DNA of 32,614 bases from Candidatus Thorarchaeota archaeon (GTDB lineage: Archaea > Asgardarchaeota > Thorarchaeia > Thorarchaeales > Thorarchaeaceae). Shown here in pieces: positions 8,394 to 18,778 of this stretch. How positions within the stretch are numbered: position 1 is the stretch's first letter; every line of letters starts with the position of its first letter. Location of the stretch: positions 1 through 32,614 of the forward strand of contig JAOUFI010000022.1 of NCBI GenBank assembly GCA_029858305.1, read 5' to 3'. The notes beneath the pieces were generated by a model. That model searched no databases, was not told the origin of the DNA, and saw only the letters and a list, made by a program, of their open reading frames with translations. A program made the translations under genes and the position numbers.

Positions 8394-9299
8394 TTGCGAG
8401 TTATTGATGCACACGCCCACACATGGACTAGAGATATCATCAGCAAAGAGGACATACATGCAAGACAGATTGCAGCAGAGAGAGCTGGTATTGAGGCTCA
8501 GCTCGACTCCCCCCTCCAAAGATTAACGACTGCAATGGATGCAGGTGGAGTCGAACGCGCAGTGATTCTGCCAATCGATAGTGGTATCTCACAGACCATG
8601 CCCCTGAGCCTTCAAGAGAAGACGGACTGGCATACGAATGAGATTGCTGATTCTCCAAACATCGTTTCATTTGTAGGTATTGATCCTAGAAGAGGAGAAA
8701 ATGGTCTTCGAGAACTGGAACGTGCTGTCACACTCAAAGGATGTAGGGGATTGAAGCTGTATCCTCCGAACGGGTTCTACCCTGACGATGATGCATTTTA
8801 TCCATATTATGAAAAGTGTGTTGACCTAGGGATTCCAATTGTTATCCACACAGGTTTCACTTCGAGATTCAAACATGTGAAATATGCGCAACCAGTCTAT
8901 GTAGACAAAGTGGCAGCAGACTTTCCAACATTGAAGATTGTGTTAGCACATGTTGGAGTCCCATGGGTACATGAGGCGTTAATGGTTGCTTCCAAGAATC
9001 CGAATGTTTCTGTTGACGTGTCGGGATGGCAATTCTTCGCATCCAAAGTGCCAATTAGAGTGTACCAGATGATTGCAGAGGCTAAGCTGAATCGAGTGTT
9101 TCCAAGTCGAATGCTCTTCGGAAGTGATTTTCCTCTTTTTGAATATGCAATGCCCTTGAAGAAATGGGTTGACTTCTTCACCAAGCTTCGAATTCCGGAG
9201 GAGATGATAGACCAAGGATATCCTCAAGTAACAAACGATGAGATACAGATTGTAATGTATGAAAATGCTAAGCGACTCTTCTTTGGTGATAAGACTTGA
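8394..9299 (+). CDS. Amidohydrolase family 2 metal-dependent hydrolase
   Basis: IDAHAH, GLKLYP, PIVIHTG, IVLAHVG, LFGSDFP. Confidence 0.9.
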   Translation: MRVIDAHAHTWTRDIISKEDIHARQIAAERAGIEAQLDSPLQRLTTAMDAGGVERAVILPIDSGISQTMPLSLQEKTDWHTNEIADSPNIVSFVGIDPRRGENGLRELERAVTLKGCRGLKLYPPNGFYPDDDAFYPYYEKCVDLGIPIVIHTGFTSRFKHVKYAQPVYVDKVAADFPTLKIVLAHVGVPWVHEALMVASKNPNVSVDVSGWQFFASKVPIRVYQMIAEAKLNRVFPSRMLFGSDFPLFEYAMPLKKWVDFFTKLRIPEEMIDQGYPQVTNDEIQIVMYENAKRLFFGDKT

Positions 9300-9787
9300 A
9301 GACATTCATTGTCGATGCTATGCTAGGCAAGCTGGCAACATGGCTCCGCCTCACTGGGCATGATACATTTTATTCTACAAAATTGCATGATGACGATATT
9401 ATACGTATTGCACTTGAACAGGAGAGAGTACTGCTCACATCGGATGCAATTCTCGCCAGTCGCGCAAAAGAAACTGGAGTAGAAGTGATGCTTGTGAGAG
9501 GGTCAGTAGACGAAGAGGTGGCGAGTGTCTTTTTACAGTATGGAATCAAGCCAGAGGCGGACCCAGCAAAATCTAGATGTACCAAATGCAATGGTGAACT
9601 GGTTCACATTACAAAGGATGAGAAGAAACAGATTGAAGAGTTAGTCCCAGAGAGGACCTATAATTATTACCAAGAGTTCTGGTTCTGTAAATATTGCAAG
9701 AGCGTCTTCTTCCATGGTGGACAGTGGATAAATATTGATGCCTACATGGAGCGGATAGCAGAACTCATGAACACACTTGATACTTGA
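9296..9787 (+). CDS. Mut7-C RNase (PIN-like) domain protein with zinc ribbon
   Basis: FIVDAMLGKLATWLRLTGHD, RVLLTSD, SRCTKCNG, FWFCKYCKSVFFHGGQW; 4-nt overlap with the upstream gene. Confidence 0.9.
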   Translation: MKTFIVDAMLGKLATWLRLTGHDTFYSTKLHDDDIIRIALEQERVLLTSDAILASRAKETGVEVMLVRGSVDEEVASVFLQYGIKPEADPAKSRCTKCNGELVHITKDEKKQIEELVPERTYNYYQEFWFCKYCKSVFFHGGQWINIDAYMERIAELMNTLDT

Positions 9788-9788
9788 T

Positions 9789-10259
9789 CTATTCTTCTCG
9801 AATAGAAATGTCAAATTCAACAGGAATGCAATCCTTGATGGTCCTAGTCAGATGGCAGTACTCCTTCATTAATTCAATGCAACGTTTTCCTGTTTCGAGC
9901 TCATTCTCTCCAACAACGACCTCGCCAGAAATACTGATACCAGTTACAAGATATCCATTGCCATCGAAGATTGCTATAGCAGTTCCTCGAATCACGAGTG
10001 ATTTGAGATCCATCTCAAAGCGGCGCTGAAAATCAAGGAATGTGTTATTTAGGCAGCCTACCAACGAGGACACGAATAGTTCATCAGGACAGGTGCCATC
10101 ACCTCGTCCTCCAAAGGTTTCTGGAGTATCATAGATGATCTTGCGTCCTGAACTGTCTATGGCAGTACCTCCTGTACGACCATCCCACTCAGACATGGAA
10201 TGATACTCAGTCTTTTCAGGATATTTTGGCTTTACTCGCATATTCACGCGCCCGCCCAT
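9789..10259 (-). CDS. OsmC/Ohr family protein
   Basis: DTPETFGGRG..TCPDELFVSSLVGCL and YCHLTRTI (two conserved Cys). True start may be ATG 10241. Confidence 0.88.
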   Translation of the reverse strand: MGGRVNMRVKPKYPEKTEYHSMSEWDGRTGGTAIDSSGRKIIYDTPETFGGRGDGTCPDELFVSSLVGCLNNTFLDFQRRFEMDLKSLVIRGTAIAIFDGNGYLVTGISISGEVVVGENELETGKRCIELMKEYCHLTRTIKDCIPVEFDISIREE

Positions 10260-10341
10260 AACATTAGTAAATTACGATTAAGCGTTACGGTTGCGATTGT
10301 CAGGAAGCCATTTAAACGGCTATTGAAACCTATCATGGGGA

Positions 10342-11391
10342 TTGCTCATGTCTCGACGGATGAAAGCAGCCATGTACTATGGCATTGGTGATGTGCGATA
10401 CGAGGAAACGGACATACCTGAAATTGGACGGGGTGAGCTCTTGGTGAGAGTCGGAAAAGCCCTTACCTGTGGTACCGATGTCAAGACATACAAGAGAGGA
10501 CATCCGATTCTGATCAAGCATATACCAGCACTCTTTGGTCACGAGTATGGGGGAGCAATTGAAGCAGTAGGAGAAGGTGTTCGACATTTCAAAGAGGGAA
10601 TGCGCGTTGTAGCAACAAACTCTGCACCTTGTGGTGAGTGCTTCTTCTGCAAGAGAGATATGCCCAATCTTTGCGCTGAACTCAAGGATAGCCTAGTTAA
10701 CGGAGCTTTTGCCGAGTATATCCGAGTTCCTGAGGCTGTGGTCCGATGGAATACGCACCAAATACCAGATTCACTCTCCTTCAGAGATGCCGCGCTTACT
10801 GAGCCACTAGCCTGTGTGGTTCATGGTATCGAAGAGTCGAACATTAAGCTAGGAGACACTGTAGTCATCATCGGAGCAGGACCAATAGGTCAAATGATGG
10901 TCATGCTAGCAAAGAAGCATGGCGCATCAACCGTTATTGCCACAGACCTTGCTGATCTTAGACGAGATATTGCTCTGAAAGCAGGTGCAGACATTGTCAT
11001 CAATCCATCAGAGGAAGACCCTGTAGAACGTGTTAGAGAAGAAACCTCCGGAAGAGGTGCAGACGTCGTCATTGAGGCGGTGGGGCTTCCAAAACTCTGG
11101 GAACAAGCAGTGAAGATGACCCGTGATGCAGGTACTACTGTGCTATTTGGCGGAGCTGCATCGGGAACGACATTCGAAGTAGACACTGTGAGATTCCACT
11201 ACGGTCAACTCACACTGAAGGGTGTGTTTCACCTCAAACCGAGGCATGTTGAGCAAGCACTCAAACTCATCATTGCCAAAGATGTGAATCCTGACTTGCT
11301 GATATCGCATGAAATGCCTCTAGAGAAGATAAATGAAGCCTTAGAAATGATGAGCGAAGGCAAGACAATGAAGGTTGCAATATCACCATAG
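10342..11391 (+). CDS. Zinc-dependent dehydrogenase (threonine/sorbitol dehydrogenase-like)
   Basis: TCGTD, GHEYGG, CGECFFCx7C, LTEPLAC, GAGPIG, GADVVIEAVG. Start probably ATG 10348 or 10360. Confidence 0.92.
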   Translation: MLMSRRMKAAMYYGIGDVRYEETDIPEIGRGELLVRVGKALTCGTDVKTYKRGHPILIKHIPALFGHEYGGAIEAVGEGVRHFKEGMRVVATNSAPCGECFFCKRDMPNLCAELKDSLVNGAFAEYIRVPEAVVRWNTHQIPDSLSFRDAALTEPLACVVHGIEESNIKLGDTVVIIGAGPIGQMMVMLAKKHGASTVIATDLADLRRDIALKAGADIVINPSEEDPVERVREETSGRGADVVIEAVGLPKLWEQAVKMTRDAGTTVLFGGAASGTTFEVDTVRFHYGQLTLKGVFHLKPRHVEQALKLIIAKDVNPDLLISHEMPLEKINEALEMMSEGKTMKVAISP

Positions 11392-11410
11392 CCATAGACT
11401 GGTGGGCGCA

Positions 11411-11905
11411 TTGACAAAAAAGAACGATGACACCCTTCGAGGAAAGGCAGATGTCTTCAGAAATTATGCGATTGAGAGGAAACGGTCGATGAAGTTGCGA
11501 GACAATGAACGGGCTCTTCTCAAGATAATACAGGACCTCGATTCAAAATATGAAAACCTTGTTGTAACTGTAGAAGGAAATAGGGATGTTTCGGTTCTTC
11601 GCAACCTTGGTGTAAAAGCACCTATAATCAAAACACAGACTAAGCTTCCTAGGTACAGGATGATTGAACAGATTGTGGAAAGGGCAGGAAAGAGAGGAAA
11701 GGTTCTCATCCTAACAGACTACGATCAAGAGGGCAAAGAGATTTGTAACTATATAGAAAAAGAGCTTGAACTCGCAGGAGTCAAGACGCTCAAGGGCGTA
11801 CGTATTCGGATTCGTACGCTCATGGGTAATTGGAGATGTATCGAAGAGCTAGTTGCACTATTTAAGAGAAGAGACTCGCCAGAGAGCGAGTCTTCTGTGA
11901 CCTAG
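11411..11905 (+). CDS. Small archaeal TOPRIM-domain protein (UPF0292 / RNase M5-like)
   Basis: VTVEGNRDVSVLRNLG and VLILTDYDQEG TOPRIM motifs. Start uncertain; TTG 11411 avoids the overlap created by 11375. Confidence 0.85.
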   Translation: MTKKNDDTLRGKADVFRNYAIERKRSMKLRDNERALLKIIQDLDSKYENLVVTVEGNRDVSVLRNLGVKAPIIKTQTKLPRYRMIEQIVERAGKRGKVLILTDYDQEGKEICNYIEKELELAGVKTLKGVRIRIRTLMGNWRCIEELVALFKRRDSPESESSVT

Positions 11906-11908
11906 TTC

Positions 11909-12937
11909 TTACACTGATACTTGACTTCCACAGTTCGGGCAGATGAATTTGCCACCAGGAATCTCAGAACCGCAGACCCTGCACATCCTAGCCTTCTTTG
12001 CACGCATTTCATCTACCACATCAGCTGTTTGGGGCACAAGCATAAACCTGTTGTCAGTATATGTGAGTCTGAACTCCCGCGGATTTCCAGCCAGATCCAA
12101 GAGGTCAGTAGGCATTGGCAATCGATGTTTATCATCAAGACGGACAACTCTGGTCGTGTCAAGCATGTCAAGGTCGATACCAGCTTGATGAAATCCAGAT
12201 ATGACACCATCACGAAGCTCGACTGTCACATCAGCTTTCGATGCAACCTGTTGACTGTGGGTGACAATGAAGAAAGAGGTTCCAATGGTCTCATTCAATT
12301 CCTGGAATAGATCCAGAATGCGCTCTCCGGTTTCGGGATCAAGATCACCAGTAGGTTCATCGCAGAGAACAAGTCCTTTGCCTTCAGTATCAATCAGATT
12401 GACGAGAGCGCTTGCTATTGCAACCCTTGACTTCTCTCCACCGCTGAGAGTAGTTGCCTTATTCCGTTTGCGTTCTTCGAGCCCAACCATTTTTATAAGT
12501 CTATCAACTCGTTCCTTTCGAATTGCACGAGGTACGCCAGCAATCCTAGCAGCAAGTTCTACATTTTGCCATGCATTGAGATGAGGTAGCAGGTTGTTCA
12601 ATTGGAAGTGGAAACCAATGAAATTACGTCTTGCCTCTGTCAGAACTCGTTCACTTAGTTTGGTAATATCAGTCCTCAAGTTAGCCCAATACACCTTCCC
12701 CACTGTTGCCTTTGTTATTCCTCCAATAACATTGATTAGTGTCGTCTTCCCTGAACCAGAAGGACCGACTACAGCCATAATCTTACCTTCTAGAATCTGA
12801 AGTGATACACCACTGAGCGCCACGACTTCCAATTCCTGAGCCTTGTAGATCTTGTAGCACTCATTCACACTGACGACAACATCATCAGGCAAGTCACTGT
12901 AAAGGTCAAGTTCTTCTTCGATTTCGATTGTATTCAT
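11909..12937 (-). CDS. LolD/MacB-type ABC ATPase with C-terminal AbrB-like module and zinc ribbon
   Basis: GPSGSGKTT, LSGGE, LCDEPTGDLD, VTH; tail VRLDDKHRLPMP... followed by CRVC-x10-CPNC. Confidence 0.92.
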   Translation of the reverse strand: MNTIEIEEELDLYSDLPDDVVVSVNECYKIYKAQELEVVALSGVSLQILEGKIMAVVGPSGSGKTTLINVIGGITKATVGKVYWANLRTDITKLSERVLTEARRNFIGFHFQLNNLLPHLNAWQNVELAARIAGVPRAIRKERVDRLIKMVGLEERKRNKATTLSGGEKSRVAIASALVNLIDTEGKGLVLCDEPTGDLDPETGERILDLFQELNETIGTSFFIVTHSQQVASKADVTVELRDGVISGFHQAGIDLDMLDTTRVVRLDDKHRLPMPTDLLDLAGNPREFRLTYTDNRFMLVPQTADVVDEMRAKKARMCRVCGSEIPGGKFICPNCGSQVSV

Positions 12938-12947
12938 AACGACTACC

Positions 12948-15863
12948 TCACATATTTCTTAATACATCAGCAGGATTTGTGTTGCCAGCTCTACGTGCAG
13001 GGTAATAACAAGCAATTATCATCACCAAACACTCTACTGCGACTGTAGCAATCATCAATAGGAGCGGATAAGTTAGCACCTTTGGGAGAATCGGCCAGAC
13101 AGAGGATATGCCAAAGGTAAGCACGGTCTGTGTATACCCAAATAGAAAACCGAGTCCGAGGCTGATAAGGACCGAGGCGAGAACACTACCTGCAAATTCG
13201 CCAAACACCAAACTGATAATCTGTCTTTTAGTTCCACCAATGGCTCTGAAAAGAGCGTATTCAGGTTCACGTTCAATAACTGCAGAGCCCAAGAATAATG
13301 CAATTGACGCTATGCCCATGGCGGCGCATAGAATGAAACTAATCATTGTTAGTCCCTCTAAGCCTGACACGAATAGTCCGGTAACGGAGTCAGGATCAAA
13401 CTCCATCGTACCAGTGATATAGACGTCTGTAAATAGCAGTGTGTCAAGGTATGCAGTCATTTCAGTTACATCATCAGGCGAGTTAGCGCCCACTAAGAAT
13501 GTTTCAGCTGCAATAAATCCAGTTTCAAAAGATAGGTCATCCAAATTGACCAAGGCAAATCCACCAAGTCCAGGCTGAAATCCAAAGAACGCACCATATG
13601 GGACACCTTCCAAATCCCGTGTAGAGGCCATTCCAAAACCAGGCGCACTCTGCATCATCCCAACCATATAGAACATCACATAGCTATGACCCGTTAATCC
13701 TGCAACATCTATGACAATAGGATCACCAACAGAAACGTTCCAAAGTGATGCATGGTATTCGCTGAGTATTATACCATGTTCTGTGTTCTCAAGAGCTGTT
13801 AGTATGACATCATAACTTGTATCGATAAAACTTGTAGATTTGAAATTCCCAATATCCCGATAGTCAGCTGCGCGAATGCCTTCTAGGTAGAAGCCTTCAT
13901 CATCAACATGTGATAGTGCTTCAATAACTGGAGTCGATCCAGTGACTCCAGAATACCCGGGAAGTGATCCTATCCAGTAGAAAGGTTGTTCAGTTGTTTC
14001 TATCCTTAGCGTTGAGCCTAACGCATAATTCGCCTCGTTTACCAGAGTGTCCTCAAAACTTGCAGTCTGAATCATCATCATTGTGGTTGTGGTAAGTGTG
14101 AGGGTAAGAATCACGAGGAGTGGTATGAATTGCCCTTTCCTTCTCCGAAGGCTTTGTGTTAGATATAGTCGCTTCTCACCCATAATTCGAGACACTCTCT
14201 CCGAAGCACCAGCAGTCACGAGTCGCATCGCTCGTGAACCCAAATATGCCGCTGCAAACAGTAGTAGCGTAGAAACGAGAATCTCGAAGATTGCGGTTTG
14301 ACCAGCCGGATTCAGTAGAACTGGCATCACAAGGAGCACAACAAGCACTCCACCTAGACCAACAGCATAGTAAGAGAAATGGACCTCTTCGGGTATCTCA
14401 TAAGTCAATCTTGTGGTAGGCTGTCCGATCTCAGCTACATCGATTCTTCTGGAAACATGGAAGAGGTAAGCGGCAGGGAGGAACATAGCAATGAGTATAG
14501 CTAGTATCACAGCCTGTGTAGGAATTGCGAGTTCATTCAGAAAGATTTGGTACTGAGAAATATCAAAGGCGAGGAGTCCGATTGAAGATCCCATTAGTGG
14601 CGCAGTTATAATGGTGATACAAATTCCTAGGAATAAACCTGACAAAGCAAGAATCATGGACTCCCACACGAATGCGCTAAATATCTGACCAAATGAAGCA
14701 CCCTTGGATCTTAATGCACTAATTTCACCCTTCTTCTGCGAAACTGATGTCTCAGAGGTGAAAATGGTCAGCATGAGGCTCATAACCATAACAGGAAGAG
14801 CCAGAAGTATCAAAACCTGACTGGCAATGTATGTATTGATGTGCGTTTGAAGATTTTCAATATTAAATAGGCCAATCACCGATAGGGTATCGTCGCTCTC
14901 CTCGATCATTGTTTTCAGGCCTTGCATATTGACTGCTGCCTCTGTTGGACCTGCTGCGATCAAACCATCAGCGGATCCTCGAATAAAGCCCACAGGTGAG
15001 AAGAAGCCATAATTTGTGATCATCTCTACGGATTCTTCACCAAGCTCTTCAGCAGAGATGAGAACTGAATCTCTTATCCCTAATACTCCCTCAAGGTTAC
15101 CCAATGGATCCCAGTTTCGCCTGTACAATTCAGGATAAGAAAGTCCAACTATTGAAGAACGAACAATATCGTAGATGCCTACGACGGTCAGGTTACGTAC
15201 TATCTGTCTGTGAAGAAGGAGAGGATCAAATGGGCGGGTCATGACCGGAGAATAATAGGTGCGAAGTACATCGATAGCGATCTCTGAGCCGACCTCAATG
15301 TCGATGGTATCGTTGCTAACGCTGCGTGCAGTGTCCGCAAAGCGCTGCGAGACAAGAATCTCTCCAGGACCCAAGGAGAGATTGCCTTCCCAAGCAATTT
15401 CCGTGGACCAGACTTCAAGGATTTCGGGGGTTACAACAATAACCCTTCCATCCTTGATTCCTTGCGCATAATTCATTCCAGTTGTGTAGTATGCTTCCCA
15501 CTCAGGCGTTATACCATCAACTCGTAGGATACCGACAGTACTTGGTGTAATATGTGCATACTCGGTGAAAAGACTTTCCAGAGCTAGTGCTTGTGCGTCA
15601 AAGAGTCGTGAATACACCTGACTACCTGCCCCGTTCTGTATGCTAAATTGGTAGGCATTTTGGTCGAAATAGTCCCTTATTGCTAGTCTTGTGCCGGTAT
15701 TGGTCCAAGAAAAGACAGTCGTAGGAAGGGCAATACTAATAGCTAGAATAAGGGCTATTCCCATATTCCGGGTTCGATTATTTTTCAAAGAGGAGAGAGC
15801 ATAGTTGATTGGCCAGAGGCGATTGCCTCTCAAGAGTTTGGATCCATTTTTCATCTTAGCCAT
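12948..15863 (-). CDS. Large FtsX/MacB-family ABC permease
   Basis: Two FtsX repeats (EISALRSKGAS, EYALFRAIGGTKRQI), large extracytoplasmic loops, C-terminal YPARRAGNTNPADVLR. Confidence 0.92.
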   Translation of the reverse strand: MAKMKNGSKLLRGNRLWPINYALSSLKNNRTRNMGIALILAISIALPTTVFSWTNTGTRLAIRDYFDQNAYQFSIQNGAGSQVYSRLFDAQALALESLFTEYAHITPSTVGILRVDGITPEWEAYYTTGMNYAQGIKDGRVIVVTPEILEVWSTEIAWEGNLSLGPGEILVSQRFADTARSVSNDTIDIEVGSEIAIDVLRTYYSPVMTRPFDPLLLHRQIVRNLTVVGIYDIVRSSIVGLSYPELYRRNWDPLGNLEGVLGIRDSVLISAEELGEESVEMITNYGFFSPVGFIRGSADGLIAAGPTEAAVNMQGLKTMIEESDDTLSVIGLFNIENLQTHINTYIASQVLILLALPVMVMSLMLTIFTSETSVSQKKGEISALRSKGASFGQIFSAFVWESMILALSGLFLGICITIITAPLMGSSIGLLAFDISQYQIFLNELAIPTQAVILAILIAMFLPAAYLFHVSRRIDVAEIGQPTTRLTYEIPEEVHFSYYAVGLGGVLVVLLVMPVLLNPAGQTAIFEILVSTLLLFAAAYLGSRAMRLVTAGASERVSRIMGEKRLYLTQSLRRRKGQFIPLLVILTLTLTTTTMMMIQTASFEDTLVNEANYALGSTLRIETTEQPFYWIGSLPGYSGVTGSTPVIEALSHVDDEGFYLEGIRAADYRDIGNFKSTSFIDTSYDVILTALENTEHGIILSEYHASLWNVSVGDPIVIDVAGLTGHSYVMFYMVGMMQSAPGFGMASTRDLEGVPYGAFFGFQPGLGGFALVNLDDLSFETGFIAAETFLVGANSPDDVTEMTAYLDTLLFTDVYITGTMEFDPDSVTGLFVSGLEGLTMISFILCAAMGIASIALFLGSAVIEREPEYALFRAIGGTKRQIISLVFGEFAGSVLASVLISLGLGFLFGYTQTVLTFGISSVWPILPKVLTYPLLLMIATVAVECLVMIIACYYPARRAGNTNPADVLRNM

Positions 15864-15875
15864 TCATCTCACCTC

Positions 15876-18776
15876 TCACATATTTCTAAGCACAACAGCA
15901 GGCTCGGTTCTTGACGCTTCCCGAGCCGGCAAGAATGCCCCTATTACCATGGTCATTATCTCGATAAAAAGCACAATCGACAGAAATTGTATTGGAAATG
16001 AGATTGTGGCGACGAGGGTTCTTGAGAACGGACTCATGTTATTCAGTAGGATTCCCATGACATATCCAAAGACTGCACCAAGAAGTATGCTGAGCACAAG
16101 TGATGCAATCACAACACCTGTAAACTCAGAGAATACCATTGTAACAACTTGGCGTCTTGATCCCCCAATGGCACGAATTACAGCATACTCCTTCCTACGC
16201 TCCCGTACTACTGAACCAAGAGAAATTGATAGTGCAAAGATACTAAGGATAAGGGACATGACAAATCCAATAGAGAATAATCCTCCTACTGTGTTGAGGA
16301 AGAGTGCAGTATAGAGGGAGCGACTCTTCAGGTCGAACTCCTGAGGAGTATTGGGATAGACACCAGGGAGAAGACGAAGGTCTTCAATCAGGCTCGTGCG
16401 ATTGACATTGTCCTGAAGACTTGCAAGGAACAATTCTGTGGTTTGGCTATCAATCTCAGTTGCAACAAACTCCAAATTGGTGATAGCAAATCCAGCATCT
16501 GCAGCCTGATATCCAAATCCAGGACCGAGAGAGGAGGGAGGGATGTCTGTTACCGAAGCATACCCAAAACCGGGTGCACTGTAAACGACTCCAACAACGA
16601 TGAACTGAACAATCTGTGTCGCTCCCACACCACTCATCTCAAGATTAAGAGTGTCCCCTGCAGTCTTATTCCATACCCTTGCATGGTACTGACTGATGAT
16701 AATTCCATTGGGAACTGCTGCTAATGCTGTCAATATTTGAGTCGCGTCAATACCACTAAAACTGGACTGGTCAAACTTTCCTATGAATGCATATTGTTCA
16801 GGATAAAGTGCTTCTATCGTAAGTGTTTCAGAACCCAATTTTGCCCAAGTTCTCAGGACAGGCATCGCACGTTCAATTCCAGGATAAGCACCAATGGTAT
16901 CGTTGAATGAGAACTCTCTGAGAGTGCAGTCAACACGGAGATCTGCTCCAAGCGCATATTCTACCTCTCTATTCAAATCCACTCTAAGGCTCTCAGATTG
17001 GACAGCAAATGCAATAGTCGTTGACATGGTCAGTGCTAAGACAACCATCAGTGGGATAATGCGCCCCTTTCTCATCTTCAAGTAGCCAGCTGAAATGACA
17101 TTCTTCTGGCCCAATAGGAAGGACATTCTAGCAGAAACCTTTGCAAGACCAATTCGTGATACTCTGGATCCATTATATGCAATGAAGAACCATGCTGCTG
17201 TTCCAAGAGCGAGCTCCATCATAAAGAAGATTGGATTCTTTGGGAGGATGAACATCATTATGACTACTATAGCCAAGAGTAGCACGGAAGCTCCGACAGT
17301 GAATCCATGAGACTCAACCTGTTCATTCGGATCTTCGGTAGCTTCCATTAGTGAGAGTCCAATCTCTGTCTGTGCAGCCTTGCGAGCCAGATAGAGAATA
17401 AAGAGCATACTTGGTAAAACAGTAAGCCCGATAGCGCGTAATATCGTACTGGAAGTGAGTACTGTGTTGAAGATATAGTACGTGTATATTCCCCAGTCAA
17501 AGACCATGAAATTAATAGATGCAGGAATAAGTGGTGCGAATAGGATGCTGAAGATGACACCTATGAAGATTGCAAGTGATGATATTATCAGGGTTTCCCA
17601 GAGGAATATTGATGAAACTTGGGAATAACTGGCACCCTTTGACCGAATGATTCCTACCTCTACCGTCCTTGGTGCCATGAAGGTGTCTGCTGCAAAGACG
17701 GAGAAGAAGAGCGCGAGGAGTATGACAGGGAGGCCAAGAATGGAGAGGGATAATGTGGACACATAGGTATCAATGGACGTCTGCATTTCATCGATTGCAT
17801 CAGAACCGAGCCATGTGATGTGAAACCGTTCAGCAGTACGGTATATCATATTATACAGATTAGTGGCAACATTCTCAGGACCTGCAGCCGCAAGAGCTGA
17901 TGAGGACACACGTACGAGGGTAGATGGTGCAAAAAAGCCGTCTTCCGAAAGAGTGTCTGGGCTGATTGAGTTCTTCAGAACGAAGATACTATCTCGAAGC
18001 CCAAGGACAGGGTATCGTATATTTGTGATTGCCAAGTTTGCACGGTATTGTGAAGGCATTGCTTGCTCAACAATGGAGTTGCCCGTCTTGGGCTCAAAGA
18101 TTCCAACGATTGTCAAAGATGTAAGACTCACTCTGCCAAGCGTTCCAATCTGTGCTGGATTGGTCGTTCCTGTTCCTGTCAGAAGTTCAACATCAATCTG
18201 ATCGCCCAGTTGAAGTGAAACATTGAAGACATAATGAACATATGAGATAAACTGGGATGCTACAATAGTTTCACCTGGTTGAAGCTCGGATGAGCCTTGA
18301 TACCAGAACTCATTAGCTGTGACACTTAGGAATTCGTTATCGATAAAAACAACTCTGCAGTCTTTCAATCCATCACTATAGATGGTTCCTTCAATATCAT
18401 ACATCGTTGTATCCGGGAGCCCTGTCCCATTCACTAAACCAATTGTTGAATTTAGCCGATAAGTGCTCTCAACAAAGGGATCTTGCTGCATATAGCTTTC
18501 AGCCAGAGCTAAATCTGCGGGAAAACCACTTTCTGCGGATACATCAAACTGATAGGAGTGCTCACCGAGGTATTCGTAGATGCTGACATAAACACCAGTA
18601 TCAGCCCATACCATTGTTGAAGCAAAAAGACTGATGCCTAAACTGAGTGTCAATGCTAGACTGATTGCTCTAAAAGGATTGGCACGAATTGTACTGAGAG
18701 CGTACGATAGTCCATACCGGCTATTTCCCTTGGACTTTGATTTTCTAGATTTCCGTGCCGCAGCCAATCGTATCAC
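15876..18776 (-). CDS. Large FtsX/MacB-family ABC permease (paralog of the adjacent permease)
   Basis: EVGIIRSKGAS, EYAVIRAIGGSRRQV, LPAREASRTEPAVVLRNM; collinear with 12948-15863. Confidence 0.92.
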   Translation of the reverse strand: MIRLAAARKSRKSKSKGNSRYGLSYALSTIRANPFRAISLALTLSLGISLFASTMVWADTGVYVSIYEYLGEHSYQFDVSAESGFPADLALAESYMQQDPFVESTYRLNSTIGLVNGTGLPDTTMYDIEGTIYSDGLKDCRVVFIDNEFLSVTANEFWYQGSSELQPGETIVASQFISYVHYVFNVSLQLGDQIDVELLTGTGTTNPAQIGTLGRVSLTSLTIVGIFEPKTGNSIVEQAMPSQYRANLAITNIRYPVLGLRDSIFVLKNSISPDTLSEDGFFAPSTLVRVSSSALAAAGPENVATNLYNMIYRTAERFHITWLGSDAIDEMQTSIDTYVSTLSLSILGLPVILLALFFSVFAADTFMAPRTVEVGIIRSKGASYSQVSSIFLWETLIISSLAIFIGVIFSILFAPLIPASINFMVFDWGIYTYYIFNTVLTSSTILRAIGLTVLPSMLFILYLARKAAQTEIGLSLMEATEDPNEQVESHGFTVGASVLLLAIVVIMMFILPKNPIFFMMELALGTAAWFFIAYNGSRVSRIGLAKVSARMSFLLGQKNVISAGYLKMRKGRIIPLMVVLALTMSTTIAFAVQSESLRVDLNREVEYALGADLRVDCTLREFSFNDTIGAYPGIERAMPVLRTWAKLGSETLTIEALYPEQYAFIGKFDQSSFSGIDATQILTALAAVPNGIIISQYHARVWNKTAGDTLNLEMSGVGATQIVQFIVVGVVYSAPGFGYASVTDIPPSSLGPGFGYQAADAGFAITNLEFVATEIDSQTTELFLASLQDNVNRTSLIEDLRLLPGVYPNTPQEFDLKSRSLYTALFLNTVGGLFSIGFVMSLILSIFALSISLGSVVRERRKEYAVIRAIGGSRRQVVTMVFSEFTGVVIASLVLSILLGAVFGYVMGILLNNMSPFSRTLVATISFPIQFLSIVLFIEIMTMVIGAFLPAREASRTEPAVVLRNM

Positions 18777-18778
18777 TC

